A DNA stretch of 64,000 nt from Rebecca billardiae RCC1528. Lineage: Eukaryota > Protista > Haptophyta. This document shows positions 9,836 to 18,999 of this stretch, piece after piece; within the stretch, counting starts at the first letter, position 1; the number at the start of each line of letters is the position of its first letter. A program made the translations under genes and the position numbers. The notes below the pieces were generated by a model that was not told the DNA's origin, did not search any database, and was given only the letters and a program-made list of their open reading frames with translations. Location: the NCBI GenBank assembly GCA_965240325.2, contig OZ251232.1, forward strand, positions 868,001 to 932,000, read 5' to 3'.

Positions 9836-12800
9836 TCAGGGGCTCATCCGCCGCCGCCGCTGATGCAACGACGACAGCGACTGCTGCGACCGCACCGATT
9901 CCTCGCGTGCCGCAGCTGCTGATGCCGACGGCATGGCCAGCCAGGCAGGCACCGTGTCGCCGAGCGGTACCCAGCCCACGCCGGCGCACTCGACGCCGCG
10001 GCCGCGCGTGTCGCCGTCCGCGGCGGATGGCGGCGGCGCGTGCTCGTTGAGCGCGTGCATGTTCAGCGTCGCCGCCTTGAGGCACAGGTGCGCGATGGCG
10101 CCGACCACGCGGGCGGCGTCGACGTGCGGCACTGGCTCAAGCTGGTGGTGCCACGCGCCGCTCACCAGCGCGACGGGCTGCAGCCCGAAGAGCGGCGTGG
10201 CGCACGAGCGCTGCGCGACCGCGAGCAGCGCGACTGGCCCGTACGCCGGCAGGTAGGACACCGCCTCCCACGTGCCGCTCGCGGGCGCGACCGCCGCGCC
10301 GTACTCGCGCGCGTGCCACCCCGGCTGCAGCGCCTGCGCGCCCGGCGCGCTGAAGCGCAGCGCTGCCTCCACCTTGGCGCGCACGTTCGCGTGCATCTTC
10401 TGGCCAAAGTCGCCCGAGAGCTCGAGCAGCGCGTCGACGACCGAGCGCGGCAGCGCGCACGCGCGCACGAGCGCGGCGGGCGCGCCGACGACGGGCACGC
10501 CGAGCCGCGCGCACTGCGAGCTAAACTGCTCGCCGGGCGCGCTCGGGTAGAGCGTCGGGGCGGGCGGGACCAGAGGGATGGGGGCGGCGCGCTCGCGCCC
10601 GGCGCCACCACCGGCTCGGCCTGCTGAGTGGCGCGTGTCGGGCATCGACGTGCGCGCCTGCTCGGCCGCAGACGCTCGGGAGTGGCGCTCCGCTTGCGCC
10701 GCGATCCCCGCGAGCTGCAAGGACGACAGCTGCACCACGCCGCTCTCAATGAGAGACAGGCCGGCCGAGGCGCGAGCGCGGCGCCCGCGCCGCAGCTGGC
10801 CATCGGCCGCCCACGGCGACGGCGCGACGGGCTCGGGCGGAGAGGCAGGCGCCGCCATCCTGCCGTGCCCCTGGGGCGAGCTGTCGCTGGTGCGCGCGGT
10901 GCTGCGCGACACGGCGCTGCCGCGCGTGAGGGAGCTTCGGCCAGAGCTGCGCGCGAGCGCCGCCAGCGAGCCGAGCAGTGTCGGCGCGCTCCGTCGGTGC
11001 GGCCGCGGCGAGGCGTGCGCGCTGGCGCAGCGGCTGCCGCCGGAGGGCTCGGCGGGTGGCTGCGAGCTGTCGGCCGCCTTTGGCTCGGCGGAGCCTTCGC
11101 GGAAGCGCTTGAGAGCCTCCTCCCAGTCACTCGTGCTGCGCGAGCGCACGAGCGGCACGCGCGGCGCCACCTGCGCCCGACGCTCGCTCGGCGCATCACG
11201 CGCCGAGGGCTGGGGGGCCACACTCACGCCGCTGTGCCGCACGCTGAGCCGCGAGCGCTTGGACTCCGGCGAGCGGGCGGAGTCGGCCGCGCCCTCGGCG
11301 AGCGCTTCCTCCACGGCCTCGCGCACCTCGGGCGCGAGCGGCGCCGCCTCCGCGACCACGCCCACGACCTCCGCCACCTTCTCACGCAGCAGCTTGGCGT
11401 GCACGCGCGCAAACCGAGAGAGCAGCCGCGGCACGCCCGCCGCCACCACGAGCCGCACGCCGCCTGCGGGCAGCTGCTCGAAGCGCGTGGCGAGCGCATC
11501 CAACGAGCCGCCGCCGCCGCGCTCGTCGTCGTCCGCGAGCAGCAGCGAGCCCGCCGTGACGATGCCGAGCTCGTTCGCCATCTCAAAGGTCATGGAGGGC
11601 GCGGCGGTGGCATCGGCCGCGCTCGATGCCGCCGGGGCGCCGCCGGCCGCGGGCGCTCGCGAGGCCGCGGCCGCCGCGGCCGTGTCCGCGGCCGTGTCCG
11701 CGGCGGAAGCGTGGGCGGCAGCGCCCCTCCCCTCGCGCACGACGAGCAGCGCGGCGCAGTCCAGCGCGTTGAACTCGAGCAGCGCGCGCAGCGTGAGCAG
11801 AGTGAGCGCTGTGCCGTGCGTCGAGCCGCCCTGCGAGTCTTCGCGCAGCACGACGACCACCGCCTCCTTGCGCCCCTCGCTGCCCGCACCCACGCCCACC
11901 GTCGCCGCGATGCGCGACTGCATGAGCTCGCCGAGCGCGCGGCCGTCGCGCACGCCCGGCGCGAGCGCCGACTCCCCGATCAGCTCGGCGTGGAAGAGGG
12001 CGCTCGACTCCGCGCCCGGCGGGAGCTGGACCGATCGCTTGAGCGCGCTCAGCGCGCGCCGGCCCGCGCGGCCCGAGAGCGTTCGCTTCAAGGAGGACGA
12101 GGACGAGGAGAAGGTGCGCTTCATCGAGCCGGAGAGGGACGAGAGGCGGTCGCGCGCGCTGCTGCTCCTGCGCTCGGCCGCGTCCGCCGCGCTGTCCGTC
12201 TCCGTGAGCGCTGAGAGCCTGCGCTCCTCCAGCTGCGCGCTGATGGCCTGCTCGGGCGCGGAGCGCGCGCCGAGCGCGAGCGGCTGGAACAGCTCCTCGC
12301 GCAGTCCCGGCACGCACGCGAGCAGCGCGACCACGTCGTACAGGTTGAAGCCGACGACGAGGTCCCAGACCGGGTCCTCCGCCGAGCGCCCCTCGGCCTC
12401 GATGGTGCCGCCGCAGAACGTGGCGGAGAACCACGCGGCGTCGCAGCGCTCGGGGAGCCCGCGCCGCTCGGCCGAGCCGGGCGGCGCGGCCGCGCGCCGC
12501 CACAGTCCCTCGATCGAGTCGCGCTGCGCCTTGCGCAGCCGCCAGCCGATCGGGTTGCCGGACTGCGCGAGCTGGTCGTAGATGACGCGCGGCACGGGGG
12601 CGGCGTACGCCTGGCCGGGCGGCGCGGAGGCGCGGGGCGCGGGGGCGCGGCGGGGGGCATTGAGCGGGGGCGGCGCGCGGCGGTGCTCCGCGGCGCTCCG
12701 CGGAAGCGCGCGCTCGCGCGGCCGCGCGCCGCCAAAGCCTCTCACCGCGTGCCGCGAGACGACGGTGACGGGGATGGCGAGCGCGCTGCAGCCGCGGTAG

Positions 12801-15800
12801 AAGTACTGCGCGGCGCCGAGGTCGAAGGTGTTGTTGTGCGCCGAGTCGGGCACCAGCGTGCGCTCCGCCCGGCTCCGCTCCACGTCCACCCCGCCCATCG
12901 CCACCACGCGCGCCAGCCTGTCCTCGCACAGCGCCGCGTTGTCGCGCAGCAGCAGCGCCGCGTCCTTGAGCGAGGAGATGCACAGCAGCGTGACGGACTT
13001 GGGCGGCGCGGCGGAGAGCACGCGGTGCAGGAGCGCGCGGCCGGGCTCGAGCTGCCGCGCGCGCTGCGACGGCACCGCCGTCGCGTACTCCGCGCTCTCG
13101 AGGAAGCCCGCGCCGTGCGCCATGCTGCCGCCGTCCGTGCCAATGCCCACGGGCACGTGCTGCAGCCCCAGCACGTCCAGCGTGCCGCGCACGAGCCTTG
13201 CGCGCTCGTACGCGGGGGTGAGGTTGGCGATCACGCCGAGCAGCTCGATGCGGCCCTCCATCTGCAGCGCGTGCGCCATCAGCAGCGCCATCTCGTCGTC
13301 CAGGTCCTCGCCCGCGTCGCAGATCACGAGCAGCGGCACGGGCGGCGGCGCGCGCTCCGCCGCCGCCTCGAGCCTGCGCTTGGCCGCGCGGTACCGCAGC
13401 CAGAGGAGCAGCGTGGCGAAGGCGGCGCCGACGAGGGCGATCGTCGCGACGGCGGTGACGAGGACGCTGGAGTCGTCCAACACCACCACCGTCGTGACGA
13501 CGCTCTTCCCGTCGCCGTCGGCGCCGTCGGCGCCGTCGCCGCCGCCGTCGGACGCAGCCTCCGCCGCCTCCGCGCGATCGGCCGGCGGCTCAGTCCGTCC
13601 GGACCTGAAGACGATGGGCAGGTGGAAGCGCCACGCGCCGTCGACGAAGGAGCCGCGCACGGAGACGTCGAGGTGCGGCGTGCCCGGCATGAAGCCGCGC
13701 ACCGTGAAGCGCGACGACTCCATCGAGCGGTCGCCGCTCTGCGCGTCGAAGCGCACGGCGCCCGTCATGCTTTCAAAGCCGGCGGCGAGCGCGCTGTGCC
13801 GCCACCACGCCACGCGCGGCAGCACGGGCCAGCCGTTGGGGTCGCGCTCGGCGCGGCACGCGAGGAGGCCCATCGCGGCGACCGCGTCGTACGTGAGCGC
13901 GTCGATGTCGTTCGGCTCGTCCGCCTCCCACCACGCCGCGCCGAGCTGCCCCTCGGGCGGAAGGTACGCGTTGAGCTCGGCGGCGGGCGCGAGCGCGCCC
14001 GTCGCCCACTGCGCGCGGAACCGCTCCCACGCGGGCGCGCCCCAGCCGCCGGCGGCCTCGATCTGCACGCTGCCCAGCAGCGGCAGCGCCACGTCCGGCT
14101 CGGCGAGCGCGCCGTACTCGCTCGGGCCGATCATGTCCGTGAAGATCCAGTGCTGCCTCGCCGTGAACAGACCGAGCGCCGTGCCGTTGCGCACAATCGA
14201 CGGCAGGTCCGCCAGAAAGGTGAGGCACACGAGGATGCGGTGGTCGGCGCGGCGGAGCATACCGAGCGCGTCGGCGATCGAGGCGGGGTCTCCCTCGGCG
14301 AACGCCACGTTCGCGAACGCCACGCCCACCTCGGCGCCGTGCCGCTGCAGCGCCTGCGCGTACGCCGCGCCCGCGACGTCGTCGACGTGCAGCACGGCCG
14401 CGCGCGTCCATCCCCACTGCCGCACGTAGCCCACCACCAGCCGCGCGATGTTGTAGTCGCTCGGGATGGTGCGGCCGAAGGTGGGGTACTCCTGCGCGTT
14501 CGAGAGGCTCGGCGCGGTGCTCCAGTAGCTCACCATCGGCACGCGGTGGATCCCCGCCAGCGTCGCCACCGGCTCGGACACGGCCGAGCGCGCCGCGCCC
14601 ACAAGCACGTCCCACCCAGAGGCGTGGCCCCGCAGGTACTGCTCGACGCCGACGGTGGGCTGGCCCTCCGAGTGCAGCGGGCGCGGGTCGAGGACGACGT
14701 CGCAGCCCTCGTCGCGCAGCGTGTCGAACACGGGCGCGAACGTGCCGTTCCGCGCGTTGAAGTGCGACACCGCGAGCAGCGCCGTCGCGAGCTTGGTGCG
14801 CTCGCCGCGGCGCGTCGGCTCGCCCCAAAAGCGGCCGAGCAGGCCGACGCGGATCAGCACGGCCGCCTGCCCGTCGGGCGGCGGCTCCGTGCGGTCGTTG
14901 GCGAAGAGCAGCGGCGTGTCGGCCGGGCTGAACCCCTCCGTGCCGAACGTGGCGATGCGCACCACGCTCGGCACGCTCGAGCCGCCGCCGAACCGCACGT
15001 TGGCGAGGACGACGGGCGCGGAGCCGAGCGCGCGGGCGCCGTGCTCGTCAAACCGGACCGGTCCCGATGCGCCGTCGAAGCGCAGCGCGCGCAGCGAGGC
15101 CATGAGCGCGTCGGCGGTGGGCGTGGGAGCGGCATCCGCGCTCGCGTTGCATGCCGCGCGGCCGAGCGCCTCCACCGCCTCGTCCGCGAACATCACCGTC
15201 GCGGGCGGCGTGCCTGCCTCGATCAGCGCGCTCACGTTGGACGCCGACGCGGCGGCCGGCGGAAGCATCGCGCTCACGTTCGCCGCGTGGATGCGGCGCC
15301 AGGTCTCGTTGACGTAGCGCTCGTAGCGGCCGGAGCCGTCGTCGCCCGACGCCTCGATCAGCACGCTGCCGTGCAGCAGCCGCCGCTCGTTGGGCGACGT
15401 CGCCGTCTCGAGCTCGATGCTCTCCGGGCCGTTCAGGACGACGTGACCCGTCGGCCCCGCCACACCGGCCGCGGCGGCGCCGTCGGCGAGCTGGCGGATG
15501 TGGCGGCGGGAGGCGATGACGACGACGACGCGCAGCGGCTCGTCGCTGATCCCGATCATCCGCCCCATCGCGCCGCCCACCTCGCCGTCGTCGCCATCGA
15601 ATGCGAAGCCCTCGCGCACGAAAGTGAGGCGCCGCGCCGCGCCCTCGCGCTCGATCGCGTCGGCCAGGCCGCGGCCGAACGCGTCGTCCACGTGGACGAG
15701 GCCGAGGTGGCGCCAGCCGTGGGCAGCGATATGCGCGATGATCGCCAGCGCCACCACCTCGTCCGACGGCACCGTGCGCGCAAAGTAGGGCAGCTGCGCC

Positions 15801-16186
15801 GCGTCGGAGAGCGCGGGCGCCGTCGAGCGCGGCGAGATGAGCACGACGGGCAGGTGGGGCGCCGCGCGCGCCATGACGAGCGAGACAGCAGAGCGATACG
15901 CGCCTACGATCGCAACCGCGCCAGCGTCATGCGCTGCGACGAGCGCGCGCAGGCCCCGGCCCTCCTCGCCGCGCGTGTCGGCCACGCCGTCCTCCACGAG
16001 CTGCAGCCGCACCGCGCACGGCGGCGCGCTGTTCCATCGGTCGAGGGCGCCGAGGGTGGCGATGGCCAGCTCGGGTGGTGCGCCGCTGATGGGCAAAGCG
16101 ATCCCCACCCGAAGCACGGCGTCGCCCGCCGCAGGCCGCGGAGTCAGGACTGCGGCCAGCAGCGCGGCGGCGGCGAGGCGGCTCAT
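9836..16186 (-). CDS. Single-pass receptor: signal peptide - 2x Venus-flytrap (ANF-receptor/class C GPCR-type) domains - TM - HopQ1/XopQ-like nucleoside hydrolase domain - degenerate second hydrolase domain
   Basis: Two VFT copies (IVGAYRSAVS...STAPALSD...YFARTVPSD; LVGAARSAVS...STAPSLSN...TFGRTIPSD). TM at ~13400-13470. Cytosolic ICDAGEDLDD and FNLYD motifs. In-frame 135-nt GT-AG intron 12611-12745. Confidence 0.85.
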   Translation of the reverse strand: MSRLAAAALLAAVLTPRPAAGDAVLRVGIALPISGAPPELAIATLGALDRWNSAPPCAVRLQLVEDGVADTRGEEGRGLRALVAAHDAGAVAIVGAYRSAVSLVMARAAPHLPVVLISPRSTAPALSDAAQLPYFARTVPSDEVVALAIIAHIAAHGWRHLGLVHVDDAFGRGLADAIEREGAARRLTFVREGFAFDGDDGEVGGAMGRMIGISDEPLRVVVVIASRRHIRQLADGAAAAGVAGPTGHVVLNGPESIELETATSPNERRLLHGSVLIEASGDDGSGRYERYVNETWRRIHAANVSAMLPPAAASASNVSALIEAGTPPATVMFADEAVEALGRAACNASADAAPTPTADALMASLRALRFDGASGPVRFDEHGARALGSAPVVLANVRFGGGSSVPSVVRIATFGTEGFSPADTPLLFANDRTEPPPDGQAAVLIRVGLLGRFWGEPTRRGERTKLATALLAVSHFNARNGTFAPVFDTLRDEGCDVVLDPRPLHSEGQPTVGVEQYLRGHASGWDVLVGAARSAVSEPVATLAGIHRVPMVSYWSTAPSLSNAQEYPTFGRTIPSDYNIARLVVGYVRQWGWTRAAVLHVDDVAGAAYAQALQRHGAEVGVAFANVAFAEGDPASIADALGMLRRADHRILVCLTFLADLPSIVRNGTALGLFTARQHWIFTDMIGPSEYGALAEPDVALPLLGSVQIEAAGGWGAPAWERFRAQWATGALAPAAELNAYLPPEGQLGAAWWEADEPNDIDALTYDAVAAMGLLACRAERDPNGWPVLPRVAWWRHSALAAGFESMTGAVRFDAQSGDRSMESSRFTVRGFMPGTPHLDVSVRGSFVDGAWRFHLPIVFRSGRTEPPADRAEAAEAASDGGGDGADGADGDGKSVVTTVVVLDDSSVLVTAVATIALVGAAFATLLLWLRYRAAKRRLEAAAERAPPPVPLLVICDAGEDLDDEMALLMAHALQMEGRIELLGVIANLTPAYERARLVRGTLDVLGLQHVPVGIGTDGGSMAHGAGFLESAEYATAVPSQRARQLEPGRALLHRVLSAAPPKSVTLLCISSLKDAALLLRDNAALCEDRLARVVAMGGVDVERSRAERTLVPDSAHNNTFDLGAAQYFYRGCSALAIPVTVVSRHAVRGFGGARPRERALPRSAAEHRRAPPPLNAPRRAPAPRASAPPGQAYAAPVPRVIYDQLAQSGNPIGWRLRKAQRDSIEGLWRRAAAPPGSAERRGLPERCDAAWFSATFCGGTIEAEGRSAEDPVWDLVVGFNLYDVVALLACVPGLREELFQPLALGARSAPEQAISAQLEERRLSALTETDSAADAAERRSSSARDRLSSLSGSMKRTFSSSSSSLKRTLSGRAGRRALSALKRSVQLPPGAESSALFHAELIGESALAPGVRDGRALGELMQSRIAATVGVGAGSEGRKEAVVVVLREDSQGGSTHGTALTLLTLRALLEFNALDCAALLVVREGRGAAAHASAADTAADTAAAAAASRAPAAGGAPAASSAADATAAPSMTFEMANELGIVTAGSLLLADDDERGGGGSLDALATRFEQLPAGGVRLVVAAGVPRLLSRFARVHAKLLREKVAEVVGVVAEAAPLAPEVREAVEEALAEGAADSARSPESKRSRLSVRHSGVSVAPQPSARDAPSERRAQVAPRVPLVRSRSTSDWEEALKRFREGSAEPKAADSSQPPAEPSGGSRCASAHASPRPHRRSAPTLLGSLAALARSSGRSSLTRGSAVSRSTARTSDSSPQGHGRMAAPASPPEPVAPSPWAADGQLRRGRRARASAGLSLIESGVVQLSSLQLAGIAAQAERHSRASAAEQARTSMPDTRHSAGRAGGGAGRERAAPIPLVPPAPTLYPSAPGEQFSSQCARLGVPVVGAPAALVRACALPRSVVDALLELSGDFGQKMHANVRAKVEAALRFSAPGAQALQPGWHAREYGAAVAPASGTWEAVSYLPAYGPVALLAVAQRSCATPLFGLQPVALVSGAWHHQLEPVPHVDAARVVGAIAHLCLKAATLNMHALNEHAPPPSAADGDTRGRGVECAGVGWVPLGDTVPAWLAMPSASAAAAREESVRSQQSLSSLHQRRRRMSP

Positions 16187-16585
16187 GGTGTGGGGGGGTC
16201 GCTCAGTAGTGCTAGTGGAGCCGAAACGAGTACAATTTCGAGAATGTATCGTTCCGAGATCATTGATCTCCCGACCGGCGGCGGTGCACCTCCGGCCGTG
16301 GATCCTCTGCTGGTAGGCTCTTGATTATAAGGTACTGTGCGATCGATCAAGGATGGCGCGGCAACCTATGCCACGTGAGCCTTACGCATTATTAAAACAA
16401 ATAAACTGTACGCAGTCGCGTACTCATAATTCATCAACGCAATTGCACTGCGGCTAAATGAGTATCGAACCAACGAAGCTGCACCACCCCATATTCGAGC
16501 TGATGAATAGATAGCGGTGAGGTTGTATGGGGATATGGGCCGGTAAAGAGTAAAGAGAGTAAATAAAGACTCCAAGCCGGAGCGT

Positions 16586-17088
16586 CTATGATGGTGTCAT
16601 CGTGGGCGCAGGCGGCGACAGTCGCTCCTCGGCCACACGAGGGCTCTTGCCGTCGGAGCCGCTGACGGGAGCAGTGCGCCTCTGAGGCAGGAGTCGCCGT
16701 CGCCAGACGCAGTAGCCCATGCCCATGCAGCCGGCCGACGCCAGTACAGCAACGCTGACGATGACCACGCCCAGGACGACTCGCTCAGACTCGGCCAGCC
16801 GGGGTTGTACTGCGGGCAGCCATCTGTCTGCGGGTATCTTCGGCAATACTCCTCCACGGAGAGACCCGCGCTGCATGCGTTGCAAGAGGCCTGGATGGCC
16901 AAGCAGCAGACCCTGCCGTCCCGCCGTGATGGCGGCGCACTCGGCGGCGGAGTAAACGGACTTGGCGGCGGACTCGGAGGCGGCTGCGACGAGGCTGGCG
17001 GAGAGGGTGGTGGCGGGGCGGGTGAGCTGGCGGCCGACAATGTGATGCAAAGCACGGCCACGGTCCCTGCCAGCGAGCGTACGCTCAT
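16586..17088 (-). CDS. Small type I membrane protein (signal, SPPP linker, Cys-rich module, TM); frameshift near 16810
   Basis: One frame gives signal peptide + SPPP + CCLAIQASCNACSAGLSVEEYC..C. An adjacent frame supplies VVLGVVIVSVAVLASAGCMGMGYCVW-RRR and a tail. May be a pseudogene or a sequence error. Confidence 0.5.
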
Positions 17089-17267
17089 GGCTCGTCGCAG
17101 GGATGTTGGCCCGCCGCTCCACAACCTCGAGCGACACGACGATGACGATGCTCTCGCGACTCCCTCTCTCACTCGCGCGCAGTAGTGTGAATACTTGGAG
17201 CTCTGATGCACAGGGCATTTCGGCCAAGGCCCTCCAAAACCGCGCCCGGCCTGATGAGCGGACCGCG

Positions 17268-18660
17268 ATGCTGGCGCCCGGCGCACGGCCGCAGGGACGC
17301 GTCGCGTGCACAGCGCAGCTGGACGCCCTCCCCACCGAGCTGGTCGAGCGCATCCTGCTCTGACTCGATGACGTTCGCGATATCGCCAGGGCCAACCGGC
17401 GCGCCAGGCGGCCGCTCACCGATCGAGCGCACGCTGCGTTCGTGCGCGCGCGCGCGTGGGCGCGAGCACATTCTGCCAGCGGCGCGGCCGCGCGGCGCGC
17501 GCACGTGGACGGAGGAGCTCTAGCTCTTAACGCGCGAGATCGGCAGCGACCTCGCATGCGCGCACGCGCAGGCCGCCGTGTGCAAGTCTATCGACTTCGA
17601 CGTTGGCGCCCGGCCGTGCTCGCTAGAGCGTTTGCGTGTGCAGACAGCTCGCTGCACACGTGCGGCGAGGATTGGTCGGCGAGGCGCCCGCATGGCGGCC
17701 ATCCCGACGCGCTTGGACACCCCACTTCCCGGATGAGCCCGTCTGCATGCCCACTCGCGTCGTCTCGCTCTCCGCCGTGCGTGTGCGCGCAGTTGCTGCA
17801 GGCGTTGGCCACCTGCCTGCGCTTGGCGACACCAGCATCGTGTACGCGTGCTGCACATATGCGAGCGGCGAACTTGGCGTCGACATTGGCACCCAGACGC
17901 GCGAGAAGGCTGTGCCGGTGGCGCTGTCCCGTGACGAGCCCATCGTCTGCATCGCAGCGGCCGGTCTGCACAGCCTCGCGCTGAGCGCGGCCCGGCTCGC
18001 GCCCAGCTGGGGCAACAACTGCTGCGGCCAGCTCGGCCACGGCGACGGGAGGGATCGGTTGGAGCCGACGCGCGTCGAGGCGCTCGAGAGCGTGCGCGTG
18101 GGCACAATGGCGACGAGCACCGAGCACGCGCTCCTTCTCACGAGCAATGGCGCCGTGTACTCGTGCGAAGCGGGACTCCGCGGCCAGCTCGGGCACAGCG
18201 ACTGGCGTGAGCAGCCCACGCCGAGGCACATCGAGGCGCTCGCCGGCGTGCGCGCCGTGCACGTGAGCGCAGGCTATTGCCACAGTCTGATGATGGATGC
18301 TGCGGCGCCGTATTCTCGTTCGGCAATGCCACCTACGGAACCACCTTGCTCGAAGGCTGTCGTGGCCATGCTGCGCCCAAACGCGTCGAGGCGCTTGCCG
18401 GCGTGTGCGCCGTGCGTGCTTGTTTGCGGGTGACGACTGCGCGGCGGTGCTGGGCACGGACGGCAGCCTGCACACATTCGGGCGCAAGCAGGATGACCCG
18501 TATGCTCACGGCAGCGGCGGGCTGGCCAGCCCGGCGCAGGAGCCCGGGCTAGCAGGCGGGCCTGTCGTGAGCTCCTCGCTGGCTATTGAGCCTGCGAGGT
18601 GCGCGCTGTTCGTGACGGCAGACGGCGGCGTGCACTCGTGCGGCAAGCGGACGGCCCAGG
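17268..18660 (+). pseudogene. Decayed F-box + RCC1-repeat gene
   Basis: F-box-like LDALPTELVERILL followed by a stop. RCC1 repeats (IAAAGLHSLAL..WGNNCCGQLGHGD; HALLLTSNGAVYSC..GQLGH; VSAGYCHSL; VLGTDGSLHTFG) are spread over several frames. Confidence 0.75.
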
Positions 18661-18661
18661 C

Positions 18662-18712
18662 CGGCCACCTTCGGCCAGCATTTGGCGTCGGCGTTCACAA
18701 GGACGACTAGAC
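18662..18712 (-). mobile_element. 5' end of family-2 hairpin element (minus strand), abutting the RCC1 pseudogene
   Basis: Reverse complement of the GTCTAG(T/C)CGTCCT(T/C)GTGAACGCCGAC...GCTGGCCGAAGGTGG head seen at 21420, 37439 and 41621. Flanked by AT and a microsatellite. Confidence 0.7.
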
Positions 18713-18720
18713 ATCTAGAC

Positions 18721-18731
18721 ATAGAGAGAGA

Positions 18732-18783
<52 letters not shown>

Positions 18784-18930
18784 AGTAGAGAGAGAGAGAG
18801 AGCCGAGAGAGAGAGAGATCGTCGAGATCGAGAGAGATCGATCGAAATCGAGAGATCTCCTCAGAGAGAGAGAGAGAGATCGACGATATCGATCGACTAC
18901 GATATATATATATTTAATATATATATATAT
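18721..18930. repeat. Interrupted (GA)n microsatellite grading into (TA)n
   Basis: Direct reading. Interruptions are mostly GATC/TCGA/GAGATCTC palindromes. Confidence 0.95.
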
Positions 18931-18999
18931 TAACGCGACACCGTGGCATGCAATAACGGGCAGGCGTCAGAATATATAGTAGTCAGTACATGACATCAT

